Assembly: GCA_965206695.1 (NCBI GenBank)
Contig: CBDBKM010000008.1
Location: 64,001-128,000, forward strand
Direction of reading: 5' to 3'
DNA from: Chlamydiales bacterium
GTDB taxonomy: Bacteria; Chlamydiota; Chlamydiia; Chlamydiales; JAAZZY01
DNA length: 64,000 nt
Translations under genes and position numbers: made by a program
Notes under the pieces: model-generated
Told to the model about the DNA's origin: nothing
Seen by the model: only the letters and a program-made list of their open reading frames with translations
The model's database searches: none
Part shown: positions 1 through 10,878 of the stretch, one piece after another
Layout: every line of letters begins with the position of its first letter
How positions within the stretch are numbered: position 1 is the first letter of the stretch

Positions 1-298
1 TTATGAAGATTTTCAGGAAACCAAACTGCTTAATGGTTTAGACGCTGCTTGTAGACATACCAATATCAGTCGCGATCAAGTGCGAACTTTAGCCGGTCAA
101 ATCACCGGTGACTTATTGGAGCGTCAAGTACGAGAAGTTACGACAAAAGAACTCGGTGAAATTGTTATGCGAAACCTTCGAGACTTAGATAATATTGCTT
201 ATATTCGTTTTGCATGTGTATACCGTCGCTTTAAAGATATGGACGAATTAATGAATGCAATAGCTACATTGACACCTAAAGAACGCATGAAAAAATAA
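1..298 (+). CDS. nrdR: Transcriptional repressor NrdR, 5'-truncated by the window edge
   Basis: Frame is open from position 2 (YEDFQETKLLNGLDAACRHT...). ATP-cone C-terminus with the NrdR motif D-x-IAYIRFACVYRRFKD. Precedes dksA as in chlamydial genomes. Confidence 0.93.
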   Translation, partial: YEDFQETKLLNGLDAACRHTNISRDQVRTLAGQITGDLLERQVREVTTKELGEIVMRNLRDLDNIAYIRFACVYRRFKDMDELMNAIATLTPKERMKK

Positions 299-342
299 AC
301 TCTATTTACCATATTATTTTTCAAAGACTATAGGAGAAAACC

Positions 343-708
343 ATGGCATTAACAAAAAGTGAAATTTCAATATTCAAAGCAGAATTGGAAAAACTACGGA
401 ATCAATTGACTCATTCACTAATTGATTCAACCAAAGAAGTAAAACAACCTGATGAAGCCACAGGCTACTCTCAACATCAAGCAGACCAAGGAACAGATGA
501 TTTTGATAGAACAATCAATATAGAAGTAACAGATAAAGAATTCGGAATATTAAAACAAATAGAGAGAGCTCTAGAAAAAATTGACGAAAATACTTATGGC
601 ACCTGTGATATCACAGGTAATAGTATTCCTAAAAAACGCCTAGAAGCTGTTCCTTACGCTACCATGACGGTAGATGCGCAAAATAAATTTGAAAAAGGGC
701 TATTGTGA
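343..708 (+). CDS. dksA: DksA/TraR family RNA polymerase-binding protein
   Basis: Coiled coil with HQADQGTD tip and C-terminal YGTCDITGNSIPKKRLEAVPYA; only one zinc-finger Cys retained. Confidence 0.9.
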   Translation: MALTKSEISIFKAELEKLRNQLTHSLIDSTKEVKQPDEATGYSQHQADQGTDDFDRTINIEVTDKEFGILKQIERALEKIDENTYGTCDITGNSIPKKRLEAVPYATMTVDAQNKFEKGLL

Positions 709-1250
709 CTAAAAAAAGACCTGTTTTAAAATTATTTTTAGTAGGTGGGTTTGTCTTTTGTGTTGATTTTATCACTAAATGGTTAACCCACAGTTATTTG
801 CCGCTAATTTATACAACAGATTTATCATTCCCCTACGGTGGAATTGGTATTTTCAAAACTTTTTGGGGTATTCAGTTTTCTATTAATCATGCAACGAATC
901 TCGGTGCAGCTTGGGGAATGTTTGCTGATTTTCACTTCATTCTCCTATTGATCCGTATAGGCATCATTTCAGGGCTGCTACTATATATTTTCTTTTTTAA
1001 TCGAAACCGATTATTTGATTTCCCTCTTATTTTGATTACCTTCGGCGCTCTTGGCAATATTTTTGATTCATTCTATTACGGACATGTCATTGACATGTTA
1101 TATTTTCAATTTGGACAGTATTCTTTTCCCATATTCAATGTCGCTGATACCTGCATTTTTTTAGGCATCGTTTCTTTATCTATTTTGTGTCTATTTCATA
1201 AACGTGATAAAATAGATCATGATTCAATTGAATCTTTTCATAAAAAATAA
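705..1250 (+). CDS. lspA: Lipoprotein signal peptidase II
   Basis: Motifs NLGAAWG, GALGNIFD, GHVIDML and FNVAD; multiple hydrophobic segments. Confidence 0.95.
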   Translation: MTKKRPVLKLFLVGGFVFCVDFITKWLTHSYLPLIYTTDLSFPYGGIGIFKTFWGIQFSINHATNLGAAWGMFADFHFILLLIRIGIISGLLLYIFFFNRNRLFDFPLILITFGALGNIFDSFYYGHVIDMLYFQFGQYSFPIFNVADTCIFLGIVSLSILCLFHKRDKIDHDSIESFHKK

Positions 1251-1977
1251 AACCGTTTTTATTATGATTCCTTTAAGAGAAAGTACTTTAGATGTAGAGG
1301 GATTATTACATCTATCTAAGCACATTGATCAATCGTTATTAATCGATGCCGATGAAATGATTAGTCTCCTTGTAGCTCTTCAGCCCTGTTATCTCTTATC
1401 TGCAAATGGTATTGTAAAAAAGGGATCCGAATTAATAAAAAAAGATACATTTTTAAATTATTATCAAAGTTATATAACTGCTTTAAAAAACGGTGCAGAG
1501 CCTACTATAAACCGCACGCTATTCTACAGCTCATTGACAGTTGATCCTCATATCTTCTATGCTATCCCTTTAAAGGGGGATAAACAATTAATCAAAGCGA
1601 CTCAACCCGTCATACAATTAAAACCACATACTTTATCTCTTGCTTTGTATGATCAAACTATTCGCTCTGTAACGGAAAACAAAAATGGAATTTTATGGGG
1701 ACTAACATTGTCTTATCCTCAAATATTTCAGAACAGCAAAACAAAAGAATGTGTTTCTACGAATAATAACCCCGATCTTGTAAATAGTAAGCTTTTTAAT
1801 CTCTTACGAAAATGGATTAGAACTTATACAGTCGCAACCCCTTTGGAAATAAACGGTAAAAGAATCAATATACCGGCTCGCTTAGGTAAATCATGTTTCT
1901 CATGGATAAATGAACACCCTCAACTGAAAGCCAAAGGATTGTCGGTAATACAGGTGCAAAAAAATGATAACGATTGA
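1219..1977 (+). CDS. Hypothetical protein
   Basis: 252-aa ORF overlapping both neighbours in an operon-like arrangement; true start may be a downstream ATG; no recognised motif. Confidence 0.7.
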   Translation: MIQLNLFIKNKTVFIMIPLRESTLDVEGLLHLSKHIDQSLLIDADEMISLLVALQPCYLLSANGIVKKGSELIKKDTFLNYYQSYITALKNGAEPTINRTLFYSSLTVDPHIFYAIPLKGDKQLIKATQPVIQLKPHTLSLALYDQTIRSVTENKNGILWGLTLSYPQIFQNSKTKECVSTNNNPDLVNSKLFNLLRKWIRTYTVATPLEINGKRINIPARLGKSCFSWINEHPQLKAKGLSVIQVQKNDND

Positions 1978-3205
1978 AATTATTGCAATTAGTGATGAAG
2001 TCCTTTCAGGATTTATTGTTAATACTAATGCTGCATTTATTGCTCATACATTAGCACTTAATGGCTTTAAAGTTATCCGGCACAGCACCTTGCCTAATGA
2101 TAAATCGCGTCTTAAACAAGACATTCAATTTGCTCTTGAAAGATCGGATATTGTTATTTGCACGGGAGGATTAGGCCCTACCCATGAGGATGTTTCAAGA
2201 AAAGTCGCTGCTGAACTTTTTGATTCTGAGTTTCATTATGATGATATTCGTAAAGATTTGGAAAAACGAGATGGAAAACAACTCATAACATTAGAAGATC
2301 AAGCAACGGCACCTGCAAAAGCTCGTGTTATAAAAAACATCATTGGCACAGCGCCGGGGTTTATTTTTAAGCAAGACGATAAAGCCCTTATCTTATTACC
2401 CGGTGTACCACAAGAAATGAAACAGATGTTAAATGCTGATGTCATACCTTATCTGATTCATGTCTTTCCTCCAACAGACACTCTTTTTAGAAAAATCATT
2501 CATTTGTGTTTGCTCTCAGAATCCGTTGTCGACCGATTTTTACGTACACTCAAAATAAAATATCCTCATATACATTTTGGTATTTATTTTAAGCAAAGTT
2601 TATTAGACGTGCATATCATGTGCGTAGCCTTTTCTAAAGAGGAATCAGAAGAGCTTTTAAACCCTTGTATAAGGGATTTACATCAAGAATTTAAGCATAA
2701 CATTTTTGAATCGTTAACAGGTTACATTGAAGACGCCATTCATATGCATTTTATTCAAAATAATCAAACGTTAGCACTCGCTGAATCTTGTACGGGAGGC
2801 GCTATAGCTTCCGGGTTAACCAAAATTCCGGATGCCTCTCAATACTTTTTAGGCTCTATCGTTTCTTATACTAATGCCGCTAAAAAAAACATTCTAAATG
2901 TTAATCAAAAAACACTCGATACCTTTGGAGCTGTTAGCCAAGAAACCGTTACAGAAATGGCAATTGGAGCCGGGGAAATTTTAAAAGCTGATTATTCTAT
3001 CGCTGTTTCAGGCATAGCAGGTCCCGGTGGTGGTTCTCAAGAACAACCTGTTGGAACTATTTGGGCAGCTATTAGGAGTGCCGATAAGCCCCCGCTAGCC
3101 TGGGGCTTTATCGCAAAAGGAGATAGAAGAACCATTATAAAACGCACGGTTAATCATGTTCTGGCAAAGTTGTACTTGGAAATCCGTGATGGGATAAGGA
3201 ATTAA
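1964..3205 (+). CDS. cinA: CinA family protein (MoCF-like N-domain plus NMN deamidase PncC domain)
   Basis: N-terminal GGLGPT motif; C-terminal [10 protein letters not shown] and SGIAGPGGG motifs. Confidence 0.93.
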   Translation: MITIEIIAISDEVLSGFIVNTNAAFIAHTLALNGFKVIRHSTLPNDKSRLKQDIQFALERSDIVICTGGLGPTHEDVSRKVAAELFDSEFHYDDIRKDLEKRDGKQLITLEDQATAPAKARVIKNIIGTAPGFIFKQDDKALILLPGVPQEMKQMLNADVIPYLIHVFPPTDTLFRKIIHLCLLSESVVDRFLRTLKIKYPHIHFGIYFKQSLLDVHIMCVAFSKEESEELLNPCIRDLHQEFKHNIFESLTGYIEDAIHMHFIQNNQTLALAESCTGGAIASGLTKIPDASQYFLGSIVSYTNAAKKNILNVNQKTLDTFGAVSQETVTEMAIGAGEILKADYSIAVSGIAGPGGGSQEQPVGTIWAAIRSADKPPLAWGFIAKGDRRTIIKRTVNHVLAKLYLEIRDGIRN

Positions 3206-3209
3206 TTTT

Positions 3210-5762
3210 ATGGCAAATATTTTTATAAAAGGGGCTAAAGAGCATAACCTAAAAAATATTGATGTTGAGATTCAAAGATATAAAATAGTCGTCGTAACAG
3301 GACTTAGCGGCTCAGGTAAGTCTTCCTTAGTTATGGATACGTTATATGCCGAAGGACAGAGACGCTATGTTGAATCCCTTTCATCTTATGCCAGACAATT
3401 TCTTGGTTTGATGGAAAAACCTGATGTGGATCATATAGAAGGGCTATCACCTGCTATTGCTATCGACCAAAAATCCGGCACCAAAAACCCCCGTTCTACA
3501 GTCGGCACTATCACTGAAATCTATGATTACTTACGCTTAGCCTTTGCTCGTATTGGACAGCCCCATTGCCCAAAATGCCGTACCCCTATCTCGAAACAAT
3601 CCATTAGCTCCATTATCGACCGGATAGAGAAGAAATATAACAATAAAAAACTTATTATTTTATCTCCCATTATCAAAGGAATTAAAGGCGAGCACAAAGA
3701 AATCATGCGCTCGCTCACTAAAGAAGGATTTTTAAGAGCCAGAATTGATGGAGAGATAACAAGCTTAGAAAATGACTTAGAGCTTCAACGTTATCAGATG
3801 CACACAATAGAAGTTGTCATCGATCGCCTTATGATCAAAGAAGGCGTTCGATCCCGTCTGGCTGATTCTATTGAAACAGCTATGAAAATGGGCAAAGGAT
3901 CACTTATCATCCATTCTGAAGATACTGATGAGGTCTTTTCTGAAAAATTCGCCTGCACAGCTTGTGGATATAGTTATAAGGAATTGTCTCCACGTCTTTT
4001 TTCTTTTAATAGCCCTTACGGCGCCTGTCCTAAATGTGATGGCTTAGGTAGCTGTCCGACACATATCAGACAACTGCCTAGATTGATGTATCGTTATCAA
4101 AAAACTCAATCGTTAAGAATAAAAGAAAAAATCGAAGAGACTATGAGTGAAGTTACTTGCCCTTCTTGCTCAGGCTCCCGTCTTAATAAAGAAGCTTTAT
4201 CCGTATTCTTAAATAAAAAAAATATTGACAACGTATCCACTCTTTCTATTGAAGATCTAAAATACTTCTTTGAGTCGTTAAAGCTTAATAAACAAGAATC
4301 CGTCATTGCAGAAAAAATCAAACGGGAAATTTTAGCACGTATCAATTTTTTAATTGATGTTGGTTTAGGTTATTTAAGCCTTTCTCGCACTGCCGGAACG
4401 CTATCCGGTGGTGAATCTCAACGTATTCGCCTAGCCACACAAATTGGATCGGGCCTGGTTAACGTTCTCTATGTATTGGATGAACCGAGTATCGGTCTGC
4501 ATCAAAAAGATAACGACCGCCTTTTACTGACGCTTGAAAACTTACGTAACGCCGGTAATACCCTCGTGATCATAGAACATGATGAAGACACAATGAAACG
4601 AGCCGATCAAATCATCGACTTAGGGCCAAAAGCGGGTATCCATGGTGGCAAGCTTATCTTTTCAGGCTCTTACCAAGACATTTTAAAATGTAAACAGTCG
4701 TTAACAGGTCAATATCTAAGTGGCAAGGAATGCATCTCTATTCCTAAAAAAAGACGAGTTGGAAATGACTTATTTCTTAGTATAAAAAATGCAAGACTCA
4801 ATAATTTAAAAAATCTTGACGTCGCCTTTCCTTTAGGTAAATTTATCTGCATTACAGGTGTATCCGGCTCCGGGAAAAGCTCTTTAATAAACAATGTTTT
4901 ATACGAAGGATTAAATGCACACCTTAATCGCAAAAAAATAAAAGTCAGCCTCTGTGATGGTTTTGAGGGCGTAGAGAACATTGATAAAATGATCGTTATT
5001 AATCAAGCGCCCATTGGTCGAACGCCCAGATCAAATCCTGCTACTTATGCCGGCTTTTTTAATTATATTCGTGACCTTTTTGCACGCCTGCCTGCTGCTC
5101 AGATGCGCGGGTATTCACCGGGTCGCTTTTCTTTTAATGTTAAAGGCGGTAGATGTGAGTCCTGTGAAGGTAGTGGTCGATTAAAAATCGAAATGCATTT
5201 TATGCCTGATATTTATATCACTTGTGATGAATGTAAGGGCACACGTTTTAATAAAGAGACATTAGACATCTTATTCAAAGGCAAAAATATTTCTGATGTC
5301 TTGAATATGACCGTAGAAGAAGCTTTTATTTTCTTTGAAAATATCCCTTCGATTAAAACCAAATTAGAGACCTTATGCCAAGTAGGCTTATCTTATATTC
5401 AGTTGAGCCAATCAGCTACCACCCTATCGGGTGGTGAAGCACAGAGAATAAAGCTCGCTAAAGAGCTTAGTAAACCGGGCACAGGGAAAACCCTTTATAT
5501 CCTTGATGAACCCACTACAGGGCTTCATTTTGCTGATATAGCCAAACTACTGGGGGTCCTCAATCGGTTAATCGATAAAGGAAATACCATTATCGTTATC
5601 GAACATAATTTAGATGTGATTAAAGTCTCAGATCATATTATTGATCTAGGCCCTAACGGAGGAGATAAAGGAGGGCAAATAATAGTAGAAGGCACACCTG
5701 AAAAAGTAGCTAAAGAAACAAAATCATATACGGGTCACTATCTTAAATCGATACTACAATAA
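3210..5762 (+). CDS. uvrA: Excinuclease ABC subunit A (single-unit, lacks insertion domain)
   Basis: Two Walker A motifs ([16 protein letters not shown]), two LSGGE signatures, CxxC zinc sites, [14 protein letters not shown] and GRTPRSNP. Confidence 0.97.
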   Translation: MANIFIKGAKEHNLKNIDVEIQRYKIVVVTGLSGSGKSSLVMDTLYAEGQRRYVESLSSYARQFLGLMEKPDVDHIEGLSPAIAIDQKSGTKNPRSTVGTITEIYDYLRLAFARIGQPHCPKCRTPISKQSISSIIDRIEKKYNNKKLIILSPIIKGIKGEHKEIMRSLTKEGFLRARIDGEITSLENDLELQRYQMHTIEVVIDRLMIKEGVRSRLADSIETAMKMGKGSLIIHSEDTDEVFSEKFACTACGYSYKELSPRLFSFNSPYGACPKCDGLGSCPTHIRQLPRLMYRYQKTQSLRIKEKIEETMSEVTCPSCSGSRLNKEALSVFLNKKNIDNVSTLSIEDLKYFFESLKLNKQESVIAEKIKREILARINFLIDVGLGYLSLSRTAGTLSGGESQRIRLATQIGSGLVNVLYVLDEPSIGLHQKDNDRLLLTLENLRNAGNTLVIIEHDEDTMKRADQIIDLGPKAGIHGGKLIFSGSYQDILKCKQSLTGQYLSGKECISIPKKRRVGNDLFLSIKNARLNNLKNLDVAFPLGKFICITGVSGSGKSSLINNVLYEGLNAHLNRKKIKVSLCDGFEGVENIDKMIVINQAPIGRTPRSNPATYAGFFNYIRDLFARLPAAQMRGYSPGRFSFNVKGGRCESCEGSGRLKIEMHFMPDIYITCDECKGTRFNKETLDILFKGKNISDVLNMTVEEAFIFFENIPSIKTKLETLCQVGLSYIQLSQSATTLSGGEAQRIKLAKELSKPGTGKTLYILDEPTTGLHFADIAKLLGVLNRLIDKGNTIIVIEHNLDVIKVSDHIIDLGPNGGDKGGQIIVEGTPEKVAKETKSYTGHYLKSILQ

Positions 5763-5956
5763 ATTTATATTAAATATATTTTACATATTAAATGATATCG
5801 CAAAAAAAACCGGTTTTTAAATACTTTTTAATTTAAAATAATGCAATATTATTAACTAAATATTTTTGCTGTTTGCAAGCAAACTTTTCTTGAATCAAAA
5901 GAGCATTATTACTAGTGTCTAATTTTTAGATATTAACCAAATTATCTATAATTTCT

Positions 5957-7207
5957 ATGATAAGACGCTTTAAAAAGCATCCGATGTTCCCTATATTTAT
6001 TGTGGTCTTTTTTGGATTTATTGGATTTAGCCTTCCCTTTCCGATATTCGCTCCCATGTTTTTAGATCCGGCTAGAAATATCCTTTTTACCAATGCTTCT
6101 ATAGAATTTCGAACCACTATGTTAGGTGTCTTATTAGCCTCGTACCCCTTCGGACAATTTTTTGGAGCCCCCGTTCTAGGACAATTATCTGATCGTTATG
6201 GTAGAAGAAAGATTCTTATTTTTTCTTTAATAGGCACCATGCTTGCTTATGTAGTCAGTGCGATTGCTATCTATATGCATTCCCTTTGGCTTTTAATTGT
6301 CAGTCGCCTTGTCTGCGGATGTTCAGAAGGAAATTTTTCCATAGCACAAGCTGCGGCTGCAGACATTAGCTGTGGACATGAAAGAACCAGAAATTTTGGA
6401 TTAATCAATATAGCTGCTAGTTTGGGGTTTATCGTCGGCCCTGTTATAGGAGGAAAATTAGCCGATCCTAATCTCGTTAGTTGGTTTGATTATGCTATTC
6501 CCTTCTGGTTTTCAGCCATCTTTTCTCTACTCACTATCGTTTTAATTACTTGGCAATTTGTTGAAACGATACATGAAAATATCGATAGAATGGACTATCA
6601 CATTATAACAGGTGTTGTCCGATTGCTGAAAAGCTTTAGGTCTCATCGCTTAAGAAGATTATACCTGATTAATTTTTTATTTTTCTTCGGACTCTATTTC
6701 TTTTATCAATTTTTCCCCTCTTTTCTAGTGAGTGAATATGAATTCACCCCTAGTATTATCGCCAATGTCTGTGCTTATTTTGCAGTTACACTTATCTTAA
6801 GCCAACTCCTAATCGTTCATCCCCTAGCCGGATGGATGCACGCTAAAACGGCTACCGTTATAGGAGCTTTTATATTAGGACCTATTCTGATCATCATTGG
6901 TTTTCAAGATTGGCCTCACTCTCTTTGGATTACCATGCCTATTTTATCCATATTTGTAGGCCTTAGCACAACGAATATCCAAATGTTAGTCTCAGAATCC
7001 GTTCATCATGATATTCATGGTGAAATTCTGGGTGTCACGTATTCCATGCGCCTTTTAAGTGAAATCTTAACTAGCTTAATTGGAGGATATATCGCAGGTA
7101 TTTTGATCAACACACCTATTTTAGTAGGTGGTGTGATAGCTTCTTTATCAGCTCTTATTTTATTCTTTGGGGTCAAAAAGAATGCAGAACCCTACCAACA
7201 TCCTTAA
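5957..7207 (+). CDS. MFS transporter (TetA/DHA1-like)
   Basis: About 12 hydrophobic segments; motif A GQLSDRYGRR; motif C GFIVGPVIGG. Confidence 0.9.
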   Translation: MIRRFKKHPMFPIFIVVFFGFIGFSLPFPIFAPMFLDPARNILFTNASIEFRTTMLGVLLASYPFGQFFGAPVLGQLSDRYGRRKILIFSLIGTMLAYVVSAIAIYMHSLWLLIVSRLVCGCSEGNFSIAQAAAADISCGHERTRNFGLINIAASLGFIVGPVIGGKLADPNLVSWFDYAIPFWFSAIFSLLTIVLITWQFVETIHENIDRMDYHIITGVVRLLKSFRSHRLRRLYLINFLFFFGLYFFYQFFPSFLVSEYEFTPSIIANVCAYFAVTLILSQLLIVHPLAGWMHAKTATVIGAFILGPILIIIGFQDWPHSLWITMPILSIFVGLSTTNIQMLVSESVHHDIHGEILGVTYSMRLLSEILTSLIGGYIAGILINTPILVGGVIASLSALILFFGVKKNAEPYQHP

Positions 7208-7299
7208 CCATCCATTGATACGTTATTCTTCAGAGCCTATCTCAGGGTTGGTTTTAAATTGTTGACGATACTCGGATGTATGGTATTTCCCTCCATCGA

Positions 7300-7469
7300 A
7301 AGACTTCTGCATAACTGACTTGATAATATTTTTTAACACCCACTGATTGTCTAAACTTATTTTTCATTTATTTTGATAAATTTTATAATAAGCAGTTTTT
7401 TTATTATAGGTGCAAAGCATCGCATAGGCGCCAAGGATCGTTGCCGAAAATCAGTTATGCAGAGGTCTT
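7300..7469. mobile_element. MITE-like element with 19-bp terminal inverted repeats (IS5-type ends)
   Basis: aagacttctgcataactga (7300-7318) and tcagttatgcagaggtctt (7451-7469), one mismatch; no ORF; related sequences at 35431-35471 and 59680-59783. Confidence 0.7.
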
Positions 7470-7665
7470 ATTCATGGATTCTTTCCTTACACTTAAGTTA
7501 AAAGTCAGCTAAGCGATATTTTTTATCTATCTATTTATCAATAACTTATGCGTTTTTTAAAGAAGAGTTAACTATATGTTACAACATAATCGTGCATGAG
7601 AACATATAATCAGGGTTGATTTTACTCTATATCCTAACCTATTTCGTAGTTAATGATATTAAATA

Positions 7666-10600
7666 TTAAAAAATAATAATATTATTATCAGATAATAAAA
7701 GTGGTAAAATTTCAACTACCGTTGGAGACCAGTCAAGACCTTTCTTATAGACCATACGAGAGGCTAAGTGACAAGCAATAATCGCCTTTTTATGACTTTC
7801 GGGGATTTCTGTCATGAGTTTCTCTTGAAAGTGCTCCTGCAATATGGGAAGGCAGTATGACAAAAAACAACGAACCAGCGGATGATTCGGATCCGTTGCT
7901 AACTCCACTCCATTAAGATAATCAAGTAACTGATACGTATATAGATTGATTTTTTCCGATACCAGATCAGAAAGATCGCTAAGATATGCCCCTTTCTCTT
8001 TATGATTAGTAAGAAGAAGAGTCGCTTCTTCCAGGGCTCTTTTTTCTAAAACCTCTAACACCTCTTTTACTATGGTAGAATGATGAGCGACCATTTCCTG
8101 ATCACTCATGGTTAAGCCACAAAGAACTTCATAAGAAGAGGCAATAACACCACATTTATTGGCTGAACTATCTTTGATAATTAAAACACCTAAATCTTCT
8201 AATTGCCTTCTAGCTCGAGGGGTTAGGTATAGATTGGCACCTTCTACTATAGCTTTTGAAGTCGGTGCACCTGTGCTATCGAGATAGCTTTGATAATTCG
8301 AACTATTTAAAGATCCGGGCCGCCCTCCACAAGGAATAAAAATATCTACCGGTGTTTGATGAACGTTATTTCGAAATAAAGCATTCATTTCACTACCGGA
8401 GAGCCAATCTTGCATTAACTTATTATTTTTCTTATGCCAACATAACGTCTGTTGTGCGTAAGCTGTTTGATCTCGCTTGACGTGCATATCAAGTAAAAAG
8501 CTGCCTTCTGATAATTTCTCCGGTGGATAAAATTTTATCGACTTTTCTTCATTAAAAAGACCCACTAAAATATCAAGATCCAACCCTTCAGGATCGTGAA
8601 TTGTACCTGAAATATCTGTCAAAGCAATAAGCTTAGCTGTATTGGGATACAGGTGATGCAAGTTTTTTATTTGATTGCCGGCCACATCTCCATCAGGCCC
8701 TCCTGATATTTTGATTGTAAAGGTATCCTTTTCAGGATCGATACCAATATACGATAACACTTCATGCATATAAACATTCACACCGAGAGAGGTTACCCCA
8801 TGCTCTTTATGGTTAATACCTATATTTGGTTTACTCGAAATAAAAGAAGTGCCCGGTTTATAACCAAATTTTTTACTTAAATTAGCAATCCAATCAATAA
8901 TATCCGTTTGCATATTTTCATCAGGTCCCAAATAAACGTACTCGGGTTTTTGGAGGTAATCGACAATATCCTTCGCTCTTAAAACACCATCATTTTCGCA
9001 ATTAATAAGTGTTAACAAGGCGGCTATGAATGCTCTTTGTGCTTGTTTAAGATATTCTGTTCGCTGCAAAGTGATAAAATCTTGAACTTGTGCTTCTATC
9101 TCTTCTTTTTTGATGTCAGTAGCCTTCAACTCTTTTGCTAATATATTAGCTTCTATATTTAATCTCTCCAAAGCTTCTACAAAAATAACCCCTTTAGAAC
9201 CTCCTTCAGGAATATCTTTATTTTTTTTATGTTGCGTATAGGCTAAGGAATAGTTTTCCATAAAAACTTCATTACGCTCTAACTGCGCAAATTCTAGCCT
9301 CTTAGGAAAAACAGTTCGAAGCCCTCCTCTAGAAAGGTCTTTGAAGCGAATATGAAATCCAATAAAATACATCCCTGTAATAAAAAAGATCGCATAAGGC
9401 AATTCAGAGAAAAATTCCTCTCTTTTGAATGGAGCATGATCGAGATATCTAGGATCTAAATGAAAACTAAACGCGGCTTTATTGTTGCGATAGAAATTTG
9501 TCTTCAACGTATACTCAACAAAATTCATTGATTGTTTTAATACATTTTTTCGTCTTCTATCTATATCGACTTTACCTGTGTCTAAATTGTCTACTAATAC
9601 AAAATATTGATCCCTTAGCGTTCGATATTCTCTAATATCATGTTTCTCCGGATGGAATTTATATTCAAAAGCTTTGCATAAACGAACGATTAATTCCGGA
9701 TGGCGACATAGCGCTTCTTGGATATGAGCTAAAGAATAAAAATAAGGATCAATATGGACCAATACTTGATGAACAAAATCACATAAAGCTCTTAAGAAGT
9801 TACCCATATTTCCTCTTAATAGCTGCGTATCAACGAAGGTTTTTTCAATATCGTCTATCTGAGCAAAATATTTAACCGTAACGAGTTCTTTTAGAAAATC
9901 CGGAAGATTCACTAAATTCCAAGCAGCTTCACCATTACTTCCATGTAATGCCATGACCATCATTAATATGTTTTGGTTTGCATAAGGGTCAATATAAGTC
10001 GCATTGACCCGCTTCATAACCAATCCATGCCTGAAAATACTCCGCGATAAATGATATAGAAAATTAGCTTTAGAAGTATTGCGCCACGCTAACACAATGT
10101 ACATAGAAGCGCCACCCGTAGTCTTCCAATCTTCATTGTAGCGAACCTCATATTGGCACTGATCTCTTGTTCGGGCTCTAAAATACATATCTAGAGCTAA
10201 AATAAGATAATTTTCATTAACCGTTTTTAAAAACCGCGTGTTCATATCTGAGAATAAATTATCGAAAGTACCTTCTGATACCTTTGGATTTCTCTCCCGG
10301 ACTAGATTTTTCAATCTTGATTTATCCTCATCAGCAACCAGAAAAACATCGACATCCACATTAACCGTAAAACTCATTGTAACAATACGAATATTTTGAA
10401 TAATCCCTTGAATAGGAGGAGGTTTTGTAGAGATGTAAGAACAGTAATAACTCATGCCATAATGGCTGAAATTTTTCAAAATCTTCATATCGGCATTATT
10501 ACTATCTAAGCAGAGAACAATAGCCCCCCCGGTTAGATTGATTTGAGAATAATAATTTTCAAGGTGAAACCCCATAAGACTATGGGCAATTAACATGACA

Positions 10601-10743
10601 TTTTCCGGTTTGATCTCCGAGAAGAACAATTCCGGCATAGCCTCTTCAAGCCAGAGATGATACTCCTTAAATCTCTGAGCCTCATTCTGTATTGCAATCA
10701 TCAATTGCGCACGAGAATGAATTAGCTCATCCCTGGATTCCAT
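7666..10743 (-). CDS. Large NAD-specific glutamate dehydrogenase
   Basis: Motifs FHIRFKDLSRGGLR, KNKDIPEGGSKG, YLGPDEN, GGPDGDVAGN, IVEGANL and DSSANKCGV. Confidence 0.93.
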   Translation of the reverse strand: MESRDELIHSRAQLMIAIQNEAQRFKEYHLWLEEAMPELFFSEIKPENVMLIAHSLMGFHLENYYSQINLTGGAIVLCLDSNNADMKILKNFSHYGMSYYCSYISTKPPPIQGIIQNIRIVTMSFTVNVDVDVFLVADEDKSRLKNLVRERNPKVSEGTFDNLFSDMNTRFLKTVNENYLILALDMYFRARTRDQCQYEVRYNEDWKTTGGASMYIVLAWRNTSKANFLYHLSRSIFRHGLVMKRVNATYIDPYANQNILMMVMALHGSNGEAAWNLVNLPDFLKELVTVKYFAQIDDIEKTFVDTQLLRGNMGNFLRALCDFVHQVLVHIDPYFYSLAHIQEALCRHPELIVRLCKAFEYKFHPEKHDIREYRTLRDQYFVLVDNLDTGKVDIDRRRKNVLKQSMNFVEYTLKTNFYRNNKAAFSFHLDPRYLDHAPFKREEFFSELPYAIFFITGMYFIGFHIRFKDLSRGGLRTVFPKRLEFAQLERNEVFMENYSLAYTQHKKNKDIPEGGSKGVIFVEALERLNIEANILAKELKATDIKKEEIEAQVQDFITLQRTEYLKQAQRAFIAALLTLINCENDGVLRAKDIVDYLQKPEYVYLGPDENMQTDIIDWIANLSKKFGYKPGTSFISSKPNIGINHKEHGVTSLGVNVYMHEVLSYIGIDPEKDTFTIKISGGPDGDVAGNQIKNLHHLYPNTAKLIALTDISGTIHDPEGLDLDILVGLFNEEKSIKFYPPEKLSEGSFLLDMHVKRDQTAYAQQTLCWHKKNNKLMQDWLSGSEMNALFRNNVHQTPVDIFIPCGGRPGSLNSSNYQSYLDSTGAPTSKAIVEGANLYLTPRARRQLEDLGVLIIKDSSANKCGVIASSYEVLCGLTMSDQEMVAHHSTIVKEVLEVLEKRALEEATLLLTNHKEKGAYLSDLSDLVSEKINLYTYQLLDYLNGVELATDPNHPLVRCFLSYCLPILQEHFQEKLMTEIPESHKKAIIACHLASRMVYKKGLDWSPTVVEILPLLLSDNNIIIF

Positions 10744-10878
10744 TCAACTTTTCCTTCATAGAGCGATTGTTATGCCATTATTTTACTAATAGCCTCAAAA
10801 GTCGATTAATTTCAAGATAAACACCTATAGAATGATCGACTTTAAAAATACCTCTTTAAATTCGGCTAACTCATTAAT

